Positions 40,319 through 51,501 are shown, counted from the first letter of the stretch. The stretch: 64,000 nucleotides of DNA from an uncultured virus (IMG/VR IMGVR_UViG_3300037296_000405) (IMGVR_UViG_3300037296_000405); one strand, 5' to 3'. The notes: generated from the letters alone by a model not told the origin. Program-made: numbers and translations.

Positions 40319-40376
40319 TGAAAATAATAGTTGTAAATAAAAGATTAGTTTGATAAAATAATAACAAGGAGAATTT

Positions 40377-40829
40377 ATGAAAAATCAATTTAAAGTAATG
40401 AACAATGGTAGTCAAGGTGGTAATGAAGTTCTTGTAAAAGAAAGAGTTGCTGACAAAACTGTTTTTGTTGAACAAGAAGATGAAGTTATTGTTGATGATA
40501 GAATGTATAAAATTCTTTTAATGAATAATGATGAAACATCGGAAATTGCGGTTAGAGATGTTTTAACTAATGTATTTGGTCACGAAGAAGATATGTGTAT
40601 GCAAATAATGATGGACGCTCATACAAATGGTTCGGCTATTGTTTGGATTGAGACAGAAAACAACTGTAGAACTAAGCTAACTGAAACAATGACTTATTGT
40701 GGTCAACTAAATGGTGAAACAATTGAAGGTTGTGATGTTGGAATGGATGATGGTCAAGGGGATAGACCACATCATTACGGAGAGTTAGAGTTCGTTCTTG
40801 AAGAATATGAAGAAGACCAAAATAATTAA
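40377..40829 (+). CDS. clpS: ClpS-like adaptor
   Basis: YKILLMNNDET, VL..VF, IMMDAH..GSAIV; directly upstream of clpA. Confidence 0.75.
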   Translation: MKNQFKVMNNGSQGGNEVLVKERVADKTVFVEQEDEVIVDDRMYKILLMNNDETSEIAVRDVLTNVFGHEEDMCMQIMMDAHTNGSAIVWIETENNCRTKLTETMTYCGQLNGETIEGCDVGMDDGQGDRPHHYGELEFVLEEYEEDQNN

Positions 40830-40891
40830 AAAAAGGTCTTGATCATTTAGAAAAAATAGTTTATAATAAATAAACAACACAGGGAGAGAAT

Positions 40892-43249
40892 ATGATTAAC
40901 CAAAAAATAGAAGAATTGAAAACAGTATTAGCTCAAGATGGTCCACAAAATGTTTACTTAGGTAAAGAAGTGACTCTTGAGAATTTAATTCATTTTTGTT
41001 CAGATGAAAATGATATGGCGACTATCTTAACTAAGTATGGAATCCAAGATTCTGACATTTTTAAGCAAGCCCTGTATAATGAGATTGTTACTAAAGCAAG
41101 AGCAAGAAGACCTCAACAACAAAATTTTAATCAAAATGCTAATCGTGGTGGGGCTGCGATGCAAGCACATTTTCAACAAAGATATAGAGCTAATGATTTT
41201 CAAGAACAAGCTCAAGAAGAAGTTTTTGAAGAAGTAAGGTTTTCAGAAGAGTTTGAAGAAGTTTATAAACAAGCTAGAATTATTGAGTTTAAAAAAACTC
41301 AAGAAGAAGAAACTCAAGAAATTCAAGATACTGATATTGAAAATGTTGACCCTAGTTATGACAGTCTTTTGAGAGGGGTTGCTGTATATAATCAAATTAC
41401 AGGAAAAGTACCTTCTATTGTAAGAAGTTTACAAACTCAAGGTTTCAATTGGCAAGATTTTTTAAGTAATAAAAATGTTCTTGAAGATTATTGTATTAAC
41501 TTAAATCAATTAGCTAAAGACGGTAAAATTGATAAAGTAATTGGAAGAGAAGACGAGATTCTAATGGCTGCCCAAGTATTAGGAAAAAAGAAAAAAGCAA
41601 ATCCTATTTTTCTTGGAAAAGCAGGGGTTGGTAAGACAGCAATTGCAGAAGGTCTTGCTTATAAGATTGAACGTGAACCTAATGAAGTTCCTCATACGCT
41701 TGCAAACGCAGTTATTTTCTCTTTAAATACGAATGACCTAGTTTCGGGTGCATCATTTAGAGGACAGTTTGAAGAACGTATTAAAGAGCTAATCAGTGAA
41801 CTTAAAAAAATCCAAGAAGAAGGCGAAGTTAACCCTATCTTGTTTATTGATGAAATTCATTCTATTGTTGGTACAGGTGGAAATGAAGGTAAAGGCGATA
41901 TGGCTAATATCATTAAGACTGCATTATCTAAAGGTGATATTAGATGTATGGGAGCAACAACAACCGCAGAGTATAATAAGCATATTAAAAATGACCATGC
42001 TCTTAGGAGAAGATTTCACCCGATTAGAGTTGAAGAACCAAGTCGAGCAGAAACAATTGAAATTTTAACAGGGGCAAAAAGCGTTTTTGAAGATAGACAC
42101 GATGTTGAATTTTCAGATGAGTCAATTGTAAGATGTGTTGATTTAGCTATTCTTCATATCAATGATACTGCTTTACCTGACAAAGCTATTGACCTTCTAG
42201 ATTTTTGTGGTTCAAAAGCTAGAATTGAGGGAGAAGAAGAAATCTTTGGAACTCACATGGAACAAGCATTAGCAAGATACAGAAAAATTCCTTTAGAAAG
42301 AATTATGCTTAAGTCAGAAGAAGCAAAAGAAGAAGTTCCACTTGCTCCAAAACTTAAAGAAAGAGTTTATGGTCAAGATAAAGCATTAGAGACTATCTGT
42401 GATGTTATTGAAACTTCTCAAGGTGGAATGGGCGAAGAGAATAAACCAATTGGTTCATTCCTTTTAACTGGACCAACTGGTGTAGGTAAAACTGAAACTG
42501 CAAAACAGTTAGCTGACTTAATGGGAGTACCACTTCAAAGAATTGATATGGCTGAGTACAAGGAGAAACATTCAGTTTCTAAATTAACTGGAACGACAGC
42601 AGGGTATGTTGGTTATGGTGAAACTCCACTACTAACAAAAATGCTAACGGAAACTCCTCACTGTGTATTGTTACTAGATGAAATGGAAAAAGCTCATCCA
42701 GATATTTTTGATATTTTTCTTTCAGCAATGGATAGTGGTATTATTAGAGATGGACAACAAGAAGAGTTAAGTTTTGAAAATGTTGTTATCATTATGACTT
42801 CAAATGCAGGGGGAAAAGTTTCTCAAACTCAATCATTAGGTTTGACAAAAAATACTTCGGTTGCTAAGTCAAAAGCCATGAAAGAAATAACTACTTATTT
42901 TTCTCCAGAATTTATTGGAAGATTAGATTCAATTATCGAATATAATTCTTTACCAGTGGAATGTATGGATAAGATTGTAGATAAAAAAATGCTAGAGGTA
43001 AATTCTAGAACAGGACTTGTGAGAAACGGTTTAGAAGTTGTACTAGATAAATCAGCTAAAGATTATTTAATCCAAGTAGGATATGATAAGACTTATGGAG
43101 CTAGACCACTAGAGAATAAAATTAAAGTTCTCGTTGTCAATATGCTTGCTAAAGAATTGAGGCATGGAAAGCTTAAAAATGTAAAAGATAAAAAAATTAA
43201 AATTATCTATAAGAATGACAAACTCTCCCTTGTCATTCCTAGAAAGTAA
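40892..43249 (+). CDS. clpA: ClpA-like Clp protease ATPase
   Basis: two AAA+ modules (GKAGVGKT/FIDEIH; GPTGVGKT/LLDEMEKAH), no M-domain, LGL loop. Confidence 0.9.
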   Translation: MINQKIEELKTVLAQDGPQNVYLGKEVTLENLIHFCSDENDMATILTKYGIQDSDIFKQALYNEIVTKARARRPQQQNFNQNANRGGAAMQAHFQQRYRANDFQEQAQEEVFEEVRFSEEFEEVYKQARIIEFKKTQEEETQEIQDTDIENVDPSYDSLLRGVAVYNQITGKVPSIVRSLQTQGFNWQDFLSNKNVLEDYCINLNQLAKDGKIDKVIGREDEILMAAQVLGKKKKANPIFLGKAGVGKTAIAEGLAYKIEREPNEVPHTLANAVIFSLNTNDLVSGASFRGQFEERIKELISELKKIQEEGEVNPILFIDEIHSIVGTGGNEGKGDMANIIKTALSKGDIRCMGATTTAEYNKHIKNDHALRRRFHPIRVEEPSRAETIEILTGAKSVFEDRHDVEFSDESIVRCVDLAILHINDTALPDKAIDLLDFCGSKARIEGEEEIFGTHMEQALARYRKIPLERIMLKSEEAKEEVPLAPKLKERVYGQDKALETICDVIETSQGGMGEENKPIGSFLLTGPTGVGKTETAKQLADLMGVPLQRIDMAEYKEKHSVSKLTGTTAGYVGYGETPLLTKMLTETPHCVLLLDEMEKAHPDIFDIFLSAMDSGIIRDGQQEELSFENVVIIMTSNAGGKVSQTQSLGLTKNTSVAKSKAMKEITTYFSPEFIGRLDSIIEYNSLPVECMDKIVDKKMLEVNSRTGLVRNGLEVVLDKSAKDYLIQVGYDKTYGARPLENKIKVLVVNMLAKELRHGKLKNVKDKKIKIIYKNDKLSLVIPRK

Positions 43250-43267
43250 ATTTTCTCCCCCCCTTAA

Positions 43268-43290
43268 GCCCCTAGAAATAGGGGTTTTTT
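43268..43290 (+). terminator. Rho-independent terminator
   Basis: GCCCCTA-GAAA-TAGGGGT plus T-run. Confidence 0.85.
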
Positions 43291-43376
43291 ATTTCTTAAA
43301 TATTAAAAAAAAGTGTTGCAATTAGATCAATCTTTTGTTATAATACCAATAGGGAATAATTTAAAAGGGAGATATT

Positions 43377-45509
43377 ATGAAGTTTAATGCTAGAGAGAGT
43401 AAAGAGAAGTCAAATTTTAAAAGTTCAAAAGTAATTAAAGCTAAAATTGGTAATACCGCAAAAATGCTTAAAATGTTTACTAAAGACCTTTATAAACATC
43501 CATTACAGACATCTATTCAAGAATATATTAATAATGCTAAAGATGCTCATACTATGGTTGGAAAAGATATGTCAACTATTGAGATTACAGCACCGACTGT
43601 AGCTAATCAAAATGTTATTATTAGAGATTATGGACCGGGCTTATCTCCCGATGATATTGTAGATATTTTTGCTAACATTGCAGTATCAAATAAAGATGAT
43701 AGTGATTTGTTTAATGGTGGTTTTGGTATTGGTTCTAAATCTTGGTTTGCCGTTAATACAGCTTTTATTGTAATCAGTGTTTATGAAAAACAAAAAACAT
43801 ACTATTCAGTTAAATTTGATGAAAAACAAGGTATTTTTATTGAAGTAGATTTTGAAGAAGAAACCGAAGATGCAAATGGTGTTGAAGTTCAATTGCCTTT
43901 AGCAAATTCTAATCAGATTGAAGATGCGAATATTGCAATTTTCAGAGCTGTAGAATTTTGGGAAACAAAGCCTGTTTTGATTAACTGTCAAAAAGAATTT
44001 TATGAAACTGTAGAAGAAAATGAAGACTACACTTTAATATCGTATAATCAAAGTGGTCAAGGAAATTCAATAACTGTAACATTAGGTAGAACACCTTACT
44101 CTATAAGAGAGCTACCTTGTTTTCATAGTATTCAAAGTCAATTAAGATATTATAACATTGCTATTCATTTTAAGGTTGGAGAAATGAATCTTGAAAATGT
44201 TCAAGAAGTCGGTCCAGATAGAGAATCATACGCTTTGGTTTGTAGTGATATTATTGAAAACAAAGTTAATAAAATTCACGCTAAACTAATTGGAAAAATA
44301 GAAAAAAAACTAAAAGATGCTTTAGATATAGAAGAGATAAATACTTTAATTTCTCATCCAGAATTATCTAATAAATATGTTAGAAGAAATAGAACTAATG
44401 ATAATGCTTTAACTAAAGAATTATTTAAAGGTTGTACATTAAAAATAAACTCTAATAGAAGTTCAAAACTGTCTTTAGATTATTTACCAATGACTTTAGC
44501 TGATAATCGACCAGATTATATTAATATTGAAGGTGTTGCTTCTCAAGCTGATAGTTACCTTGGTAATTGCATTAGAGTTCCATATATTTTATTATTAGAC
44601 GATGAAAAAGCAAAGAAAACAGATTTGAAAAGAGCTGTCTTGAATTTTACTGAGTCGAGTGCTAAACCTAGTAGGCATGGAAAAACATATAGCGGTGTAT
44701 ATATTCTAGAGGCAGTAAACTATTCAAAAAAACAAATTGAAATTTTATCTAAATATTTTACTGTAAAAAAATATAGCGAAGTTAAAGTCGTTAAAGTTAA
44801 AATTGCAAAAGATAAAATTGAAAAGAATAAAAATGAAGTAAATCTTATGAAAGTAAATTGGAAAAAAGTGTACTGTTCAAATGTTAAAGTTATGCTAAAA
44901 GATTTATCTAATAAAGATTATACTTATCTTACTAAAAAAGATTATGATGAATTATCTATTGAATGGGACTCATTATATAAGTATAATTCTCAATTGGAAA
45001 TCAAAGTTTTTATGGTAGCAACTTCTAGTGAGAGTCTATTTAAAAATTTAAAATACAAAAAATTTAATTTAGAAAATGCAAATAAAATGCTAGAAGAGAA
45101 AAGAGCAAAAGATAAAGAAGAGCTTAAACAAAAAGCTCTAGATTCTGGTTTAGTTGAAGAGTACACAAAAACAGACTTGATAGAGTATGTCAATAATAGA
45201 ATTATTAGTGGAAGGTATGGACGTTCTTGCAATAATGTTTTTAAAAATTTAGATATTGAAAATGAAGTCATTAAGGAAATGTTAAGTTTAGATGTGAGTA
45301 GAAGGAGATATAAACTTCAAAGTGAAATTAGACCTTTTAACTCAGTTTGGAAAGATATTGAAAAACCTCAAGATGTTACTTTGTTAAATAAGATAAAAGA
45401 TCTTGAAAGGAAATTTCCTTTGGCAATGAAAGCACTTTTTAACTTCAATAGTGATAGACTTAATGAAAAAAAAGAGATAGAATTTTTGTTTAATAATTTA
45501 GTAAAATAA
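43377..45509 (+). CDS. rIIA-like GHKL ATPase, paralog 2
   Basis: EYINNAKDA, IRDYGPGLS, GGFGIGSKS, PDRE. Confidence 0.85.
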   Translation: MKFNARESKEKSNFKSSKVIKAKIGNTAKMLKMFTKDLYKHPLQTSIQEYINNAKDAHTMVGKDMSTIEITAPTVANQNVIIRDYGPGLSPDDIVDIFANIAVSNKDDSDLFNGGFGIGSKSWFAVNTAFIVISVYEKQKTYYSVKFDEKQGIFIEVDFEEETEDANGVEVQLPLANSNQIEDANIAIFRAVEFWETKPVLINCQKEFYETVEENEDYTLISYNQSGQGNSITVTLGRTPYSIRELPCFHSIQSQLRYYNIAIHFKVGEMNLENVQEVGPDRESYALVCSDIIENKVNKIHAKLIGKIEKKLKDALDIEEINTLISHPELSNKYVRRNRTNDNALTKELFKGCTLKINSNRSSKLSLDYLPMTLADNRPDYINIEGVASQADSYLGNCIRVPYILLLDDEKAKKTDLKRAVLNFTESSAKPSRHGKTYSGVYILEAVNYSKKQIEILSKYFTVKKYSEVKVVKVKIAKDKIEKNKNEVNLMKVNWKKVYCSNVKVMLKDLSNKDYTYLTKKDYDELSIEWDSLYKYNSQLEIKVFMVATSSESLFKNLKYKKFNLENANKMLEEKRAKDKEELKQKALDSGLVEEYTKTDLIEYVNNRIISGRYGRSCNNVFKNLDIENEVIKEMLSLDVSRRRYKLQSEIRPFNSVWKDIEKPQDVTLLNKIKDLERKFPLAMKALFNFNSDRLNEKKEIEFLFNNLVK

Positions 45510-45514
45510 ATAAA

Positions 45515-45553
45515 AAGTTGGAATGAAAGATTAAAACGCTTTCATTCCAACTT
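45515..45553. terminator. 15-bp inverted repeat
   Basis: AAGTTGGAATGAAAG-9nt-CTTTCATTCCAACTT. Confidence 0.7.
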
Positions 45554-45584
45554 CTTTTATGATATTATTTAAAGGGGAGATATT

Positions 45585-47663
45585 ATGAAATTTAAAAATA
45601 GAGAGTCTAAAGAAATCACAAACATTAAAAGTAGTAAGGTGATTCAAGCTAAAATTGGGAATCCTGCAAAAATGCTTAGAATGTTCACTAAAGACTTATA
45701 TAAGCATCCTTTACAAACGGCTATTCAAGAGTACATAAACAATGCTAAAGACGCTCATATCATGGCTAAAAAGGACTGTAGTACCATTGAAATAACGGCT
45801 CCAACGATAGCTAATCAATGTGTTGTTATAAAAGACTTTGGACCGGGCTTATCCCCCGATGACATCGTCAATATCTTTGCGAATATAACAACATCAAATA
45901 AAGATGATAGTGATTTATTTAATGGTGGTTTTGGTATCGGTTCTAAATCTTGGTTTGCCGTTAATAATTCTTTTATGGTTGTTTCTCGATATAATAAAAC
46001 AAAAACTTATTACACTGTAAATTTTAATGATAAAAAAGGGATAACAATATCTATTGACCATGAAGAAAAAACCAATGAGAAAAACGGTGTTGAAGTTATT
46101 CTTCCACTTTCTAATAAAAATCAAATAAAAAATTCTCACAAAGCAATTGCTAGAGCTATAAATTTTTGGAGTGTAAGACCAAAAGTTTTAAATTTAGAAG
46201 TTAAATTAATAGAATTTAAAGAAAGAAATGAAGAGTATTCTATAATTTCTGTAGATAGTAAAGAAAGCGAGTTAATGGTTACTCTAGGAGAGACAATGTA
46301 CTCAATCAAAGAGTTACCTTGTTATAATAAATTAATTGAAAATGAGTATTGTTCTGGATTAAATGTTGTAATACATTTTAAAGTAGGTGAAATAGAAACT
46401 GAAAATTCTCAAGAAGTCGGTCCAGATAGAGAATCTTTTTCTCTTTCATGTAATGGAGATATTTATAATAGAGCAATTTCCTCGTATAAAAAAATAGTGA
46501 GTAACATTAAGAAAGAATTAAAAACTTTAGATAATGCTAAAGATATTCAAAAAATGTTATCAACTAAGTTTATTTTGAATAGTGGAATAATCTCATCAGG
46601 ATACAATCACAAGTTGAAGTGTGGATTAGTTGTCACTTTTAATAGTGGGCAACCTAGTTTGAAAGATTATACTGCTGATTATCAAAAATTAGATGGAAGT
46701 GTATGTCAATTAACTTATCATTTAGAATATGTTGGTTCTATTACGGATATTGTTGTAGAAGATAAAGAGTTAAATTCGAGAGACATGAGACTAGCTATAG
46801 ACACTTTTGCTATAAACAATTCAAGGCAACCTTTGAGTTACTTGAGAGGTTATCATTACTCAAAGAAAAATCATTATAATAATGGAGTTATTGTAGTAGA
46901 AAAAGATAGATTATCTAAAAAAGAATTAAAAGAGCTTAATAATTACTTTAATGTTAGGTATACATCTAAAATTGATTTTATTGCTCCAACTAAAATAAAA
47001 AAAGATATTGCCTTGGGTAGTATAAATTGTATTATGCGTACGGATAATAATAAGACTAATTCAAAGTTAAATAAAAAAGAAGTTAAAGATTTTATTATAC
47101 TTGCTCAACAAGATTATCATGATACTAAAAAAGTTACATGGGTTGATTTAAGGAAGCTTTCTAACGAAAAGAACAAACACTATATAATCGTATCTCAAAA
47201 AAATTATGATTTATTAAGTTCTCAAGAATTTGATTGTAGAAAGACGGTAAATATATATAAAGATGTTACAGCTTTCAAAAAAATGAAAAAAGAACAAGAT
47301 ATCGCTATTGTTAAAGAAAAAGGTTTGGATTTAATATATTCGGTAGAGACTTCTCTAAAATATATTCGAAATAATCATGAAGAGATATATTATCAAGACG
47401 ATGCTATGTCTTGGATTAAAGAACTGGTTAAGTTAATACCAAATAATAAAAATATAAAAAAGATATCTTCTATAGATTTTTCTAAATACGATGATATGTG
47501 TACAAAAAGAATGACCTTGAAGCAAATGAAGATAAAACCAAATAGAGACTTTCTAAATTTTATTAAAAAAATAAAGAAAGAAAGACCCTTTGCTTTTCAG
47601 AATATAGAAAAAAACTGTAAAAAGTATAAAAAAGAGCTTCTTTTAATGCTAAAAGGACTTTAA
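45585..47663 (+). CDS. rIIA-like GHKL ATPase, paralog 3
   Basis: same N-terminal motifs as paralog 2. Confidence 0.85.
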   Translation: MKFKNRESKEITNIKSSKVIQAKIGNPAKMLRMFTKDLYKHPLQTAIQEYINNAKDAHIMAKKDCSTIEITAPTIANQCVVIKDFGPGLSPDDIVNIFANITTSNKDDSDLFNGGFGIGSKSWFAVNNSFMVVSRYNKTKTYYTVNFNDKKGITISIDHEEKTNEKNGVEVILPLSNKNQIKNSHKAIARAINFWSVRPKVLNLEVKLIEFKERNEEYSIISVDSKESELMVTLGETMYSIKELPCYNKLIENEYCSGLNVVIHFKVGEIETENSQEVGPDRESFSLSCNGDIYNRAISSYKKIVSNIKKELKTLDNAKDIQKMLSTKFILNSGIISSGYNHKLKCGLVVTFNSGQPSLKDYTADYQKLDGSVCQLTYHLEYVGSITDIVVEDKELNSRDMRLAIDTFAINNSRQPLSYLRGYHYSKKNHYNNGVIVVEKDRLSKKELKELNNYFNVRYTSKIDFIAPTKIKKDIALGSINCIMRTDNNKTNSKLNKKEVKDFIILAQQDYHDTKKVTWVDLRKLSNEKNKHYIIVSQKNYDLLSSQEFDCRKTVNIYKDVTAFKKMKKEQDIAIVKEKGLDLIYSVETSLKYIRNNHEEIYYQDDAMSWIKELVKLIPNNKNIKKISSIDFSKYDDMCTKRMTLKQMKIKPNRDFLNFIKKIKKERPFAFQNIEKNCKKYKKELLLMLKGL

Positions 47664-47749
47664 TTATCTAAATTAATGAATTAAATACATAAAAAAAGAC
47701 TTGCAATTAGATCAGTATTTTGGTATAATGGGTATAGGGAGATTGTTTT

Positions 47750-48961
47750 ATGTCAAAAATGTTTAAATATAAGCAAGTTATAAGAGAAGACGGTGTAGAA
47801 GTAATTACTGTTATTCATAAAGGTATTCATACTTTTAACCCAACAAGCTTAGTCTTTCCATTTATTAAAGAATGTATTGAAGCTGATAAAGAATTATACC
47901 CTATTGACGATATAATTTCTCATAAAGTAATAACACCATGTAAAATGGAATTAAAAAACCATAGATTTACAATCTTAGGTGAGGAAATCGAAGATAGTCT
48001 CATCATGGAACATTCAGACAAATTAGAACTACTACAACATTTATTTTTAAATTTAAGAAATCATACTTATGATAAGAAAAAAACACTAGATATCTTTAAG
48101 TTAAATGCTTCATCTATTAAACCAATGACAGATGATGGTTTTGTATTTTTAGTAGAATCTAAGGGAGATTTTTCTAAAACACCAATTTTTTATGCCAATA
48201 ATTCTCATCAAACAATTGAAGAGTACAAAAAACTTAAATTAGGAAAGAAATTAAATCAAGTTCTTTTAAGTAAAATGCTAAATGTGAACGAAATAAATCC
48301 TTTTCCTTTCAATTTAATGAAAAACTTTTCTAAAACTTGGGATGAAAATCAATTAAGAGATTTACTTGCCGTTGATTTTGGTTACACTCAAGAAAGAAAC
48401 TATGAAAGACTTTATTCTTTTTATGAATTTTATTTCAATAGCCCGAAAAGATTTCTAAATATTGTTAATAAGCAAGAAATTCCTGCTAATTTATTGGATA
48501 AATTTGCAATTGTAAAAAAATATTTAGACCCAAGCATTAAGGTTAGTAATATTACAAAATTACATGAGTTTTTAAATAAGACATACGAAAACCATAAAAC
48601 AAAATTAGATTGGGAAAGATTAATTCAAAAACACCCAATTGTAGAAAAAATGAATGGAATTAAAATTTCTGGATTTACTTTGAAGTGTCCTAAAGATGCA
48701 GGGGAAATTACACTTTGGGGGAACTTAATGAGTAATTGTTTTGGTGGCAGAGTATCATCTTACCAACGTGGCGACGTTTGCTTATTCGGCTTGTTTGATA
48801 AAAGTGATAAGTTATCTTACGTTTTTGAAATTAGATATAATAAAGTTAAAACTTCTGGAAGGTACGGAGATTTTGAAGGAAAAAGAAGGGAAGCGCCACC
48901 TATAAAATTAAAAGAGAGTCTTACAAAAAGATTTTTAAAAGAATGTAATTTTATTTTATAG
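47750..48961 (+). CDS. rIIB-like N-terminus fused to PcfJ-like domain
   Basis: LFLNL...PMTDDGFVFL; PKDAGEITLWGNLMSNCFGG. Confidence 0.55.
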   Translation: MSKMFKYKQVIREDGVEVITVIHKGIHTFNPTSLVFPFIKECIEADKELYPIDDIISHKVITPCKMELKNHRFTILGEEIEDSLIMEHSDKLELLQHLFLNLRNHTYDKKKTLDIFKLNASSIKPMTDDGFVFLVESKGDFSKTPIFYANNSHQTIEEYKKLKLGKKLNQVLLSKMLNVNEINPFPFNLMKNFSKTWDENQLRDLLAVDFGYTQERNYERLYSFYEFYFNSPKRFLNIVNKQEIPANLLDKFAIVKKYLDPSIKVSNITKLHEFLNKTYENHKTKLDWERLIQKHPIVEKMNGIKISGFTLKCPKDAGEITLWGNLMSNCFGGRVSSYQRGDVCLFGLFDKSDKLSYVFEIRYNKVKTSGRYGDFEGKRREAPPIKLKESLTKRFLKECNFIL

Positions 48962-48979
48962 AAGGCAATGTTATTTATT

Positions 48980-50005
48980 TTATTCTTGTATAATCCATTC
49001 TATTTCGTCAAACTCGTCATACAAAGGCATTGATGAATTTTTTAGTAAGTACTCATAATAATCCCATGAAATTTTTTTATCTCTATTTGTACTTCTTGTT
49101 TTTAATATATTCAAGGGGGTAATTATTATGACGGCTTTGAACCAGTAGTTTAATGGAATATGTTTAACAGAAGCATATCTATCTCTATCAACAATATTTA
49201 CCATATCAATATAAATATTTTTATTCTTGGAAACTAATGATTCTTTTATTAGGTTAACTTCTTTAAGTAGAGTGTCTTTATCTTTTTTTGAAAGTTTTTT
49301 ATTAAGTGAAATATTTTTATTAATAGCAATATCGTCTCTTGAGATTATTAGCTCATTACTTATCTTGTTATTTTTTATCCAAGAAGTTTTTCCACTAGCA
49401 GGCAATCCAATTAAACAGGTAACTGTTTTTTGATTATCTTCTTTATCTTTAGGATTATTTAACATAGTATCTAATATTCCACTATAATAATCGTCAATAA
49501 AATCTAACCTTGGAGAAAGTTTTTCCATAACTCTTCCAAGACCATCTGCGTAAGTCATATCTAATAAATCAATAAAAAGCTCGGGATGTCCATGTTGTTG
49601 ACGAAGAACTATTGATTGAGATTCATCTTGCTCTAACTTTTTCAATATTGAAGTATGATATGATATCAATTTAAATATATATAATTGCTCTTCTTTTGAA
49701 AATCCATAATCTTTAGAAAGCTCTAAACTTATGTAAGCAGAATAAACCTCATGACCCTTAAAGCTTACTCTACCTTCGTTTTCTCGCCTGCAATATATCT
49801 TACCTATATCATGGCATAGTAGTGCAAATTGTATGATTTTAGGCAGATTTTTAGCCTTCTCAAGTACTAGTAGTGTATGACTCCAAACATCTCCCTCTAA
49901 GTGATAAGGGTTTAATGAAGATAAGTCAGTCGTATGATGAGAACATTTCATCATTAGTACAACTAATTCTTTATGTTTTTCTTGAATCCATCTAACTAAA
50001 GTCAT
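48980..50005 (-). CDS. HD domain plus P-loop kinase (polynucleotide kinase-like)
   Basis: YHLEGDVWSHT, HDIGK, GLPASGKT, SRDD. Confidence 0.85.
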   Translation of the reverse strand: MTLVRWIQEKHKELVVLMMKCSHHTTDLSSLNPYHLEGDVWSHTLLVLEKAKNLPKIIQFALLCHDIGKIYCRRENEGRVSFKGHEVYSAYISLELSKDYGFSKEEQLYIFKLISYHTSILKKLEQDESQSIVLRQQHGHPELFIDLLDMTYADGLGRVMEKLSPRLDFIDDYYSGILDTMLNNPKDKEDNQKTVTCLIGLPASGKTSWIKNNKISNELIISRDDIAINKNISLNKKLSKKDKDTLLKEVNLIKESLVSKNKNIYIDMVNIVDRDRYASVKHIPLNYWFKAVIIITPLNILKTRSTNRDKKISWDYYEYLLKNSSMPLYDEFDEIEWIIQE

Positions 50006-50050
50006 AATCCTATTATACTATAAATATTGTATAATTAAAGTTTTTAATGA

Positions 50051-50293
50051 TTATAGATTTACAACATAATCGCTAAGTAAATTCATTAGTTCAAATTTTA
50101 AAGAAGAACTATCAATTTCATCGAAGTCTATAGTTAGATCATCTTTAATCATTACAAAATTAACTTTTTTAATTAAGTAGTTTAATTTTTCAACTTGAAC
50201 AATTATTGTAAACTCTTCTTTTTCAATAAAAACTTTTTCAATTGTTAAATTAAGAACATTCTCTCTAACTTCGGTATGTTTTATTATTTTCAT
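50051..50293 (-). CDS. hypothetical protein
   Basis: 80 aa, GAGG SD. Confidence 0.65.
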   Translation of the reverse strand: MKIIKHTEVRENVLNLTIEKVFIEKEEFTIIVQVEKLNYLIKKVNFVMIKDDLTIDFDEIDSSSLKFELMNLLSDYVVNL

Positions 50294-50328
50294 ATAGCCT
50301 CATTTGATATCTTGTAAATGTAAAAAAA

Positions 50329-51090
50329 TTATTTTTTTGTTGATTTATCAAGAACTAACTCTTTGTAATATTGATTGTGTTTAGGAGCTTTATCGTAATC
50401 AGCTCCAACATTAATTACTTCACATCCATGATGAGTAGCAGAATATTCTTGGTGAGTATGTCCAAAAAAAAGATAATCAATATCTGGGCAAAGAATATCT
50501 ACATATCTAGGGTTTCCACTCATTTTCTCATAAGCTAAATCTTCACATATAACATTGAAGTGAGTTACTACTATCTTTGTTTTTTTTGAAGGATTTTCTT
50601 CTAAATCTTTAACAATGTAATCAACAGCATCACGCTCTTCTCTTTGAAGATATTGAAATGGAGTGAGTTCGCCCATACCAGACGTAGTCGGCATCATAGT
50701 TATGTCATTCGTTCCAGTTTCAGAAAATCTATACCATCCATCAAATCCATAAATGATTAAATTTTCATCTTCAAATTTATTTTGTTGAAGATAGTGTATA
50801 TCGTATTTTTTAAATAATTCTTTATGAAATAAATCAAGTTCAAAAACGGAATCAAAAGGTCTATCTGGATTCCAAAAACAATGATTACCTCTTACAAGCA
50901 ATACTTTTAGAAAAGGATCATTTTCTCTAATCATTTTTAGACATAATTCCATATCGGATTGTTCTGAAGAAACAATGTCCCCTGCAATAATTAACATATC
51001 AACTCTTAAGTCTTCCAGAAATTTTTTAAATTCATCTTTTTTTTCTGGATAATGACTAATGTGAATGTCTGTTATTATACCTATCTTCAT
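50329..51090 (-). CDS. metallophosphoesterase
   Basis: DIH, GD, GNH, TH, GHTH. Confidence 0.9.
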   Translation of the reverse strand: MKIGIITDIHISHYPEKKDEFKKFLEDLRVDMLIIAGDIVSSEQSDMELCLKMIRENDPFLKVLLVRGNHCFWNPDRPFDSVFELDLFHKELFKKYDIHYLQQNKFEDENLIIYGFDGWYRFSETGTNDITMMPTTSGMGELTPFQYLQREERDAVDYIVKDLEENPSKKTKIVVTHFNVICEDLAYEKMSGNPRYVDILCPDIDYLFFGHTHQEYSATHHGCEVINVGADYDKAPKHNQYYKELVLDKSTKK

Positions 51091-51128
51091 ATACTTATTA
51101 TAACACTATTGTAACTTTTTTGAAAGTT

Positions 51129-51501
51129 TTAAAGATTAAAAAAGTGTTTAACTTGAAAAAATGAATAAATAACTAGAGTTAGTGTTGAAAACACTTCTCC
51201 AGATTTGATAACATTCATATTTTGATCTAATTCACCTTTTACACACTTTGTAACTATAAAATTTGACAAGAACAATCTTATTACAACTAGAACTGTAATC
51301 CATATATGAGGGGGAGCATAGTCCAAGAATAACAGCCTCTATTATCCCAAAGTACAGAATGAATTTAATTTGACCTGATTTAGCAGAACTTAGTTCTTTT
51401 AGATTTTTAAAGTTGTTAGATACGAGAGATTTAACTGTTTCAAATAAACCAAATCCAGTATAAATCAAGAGTATAATTAATCCAATGTAATTCATTATCA
51501 T
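51129..51501 (-). pseudogene. membrane protein split by one extra base in a C5 run
   Basis: two overlapping ORFs join into one hydrophobic protein if one C at 51310-51314 is removed. Confidence 0.5.
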
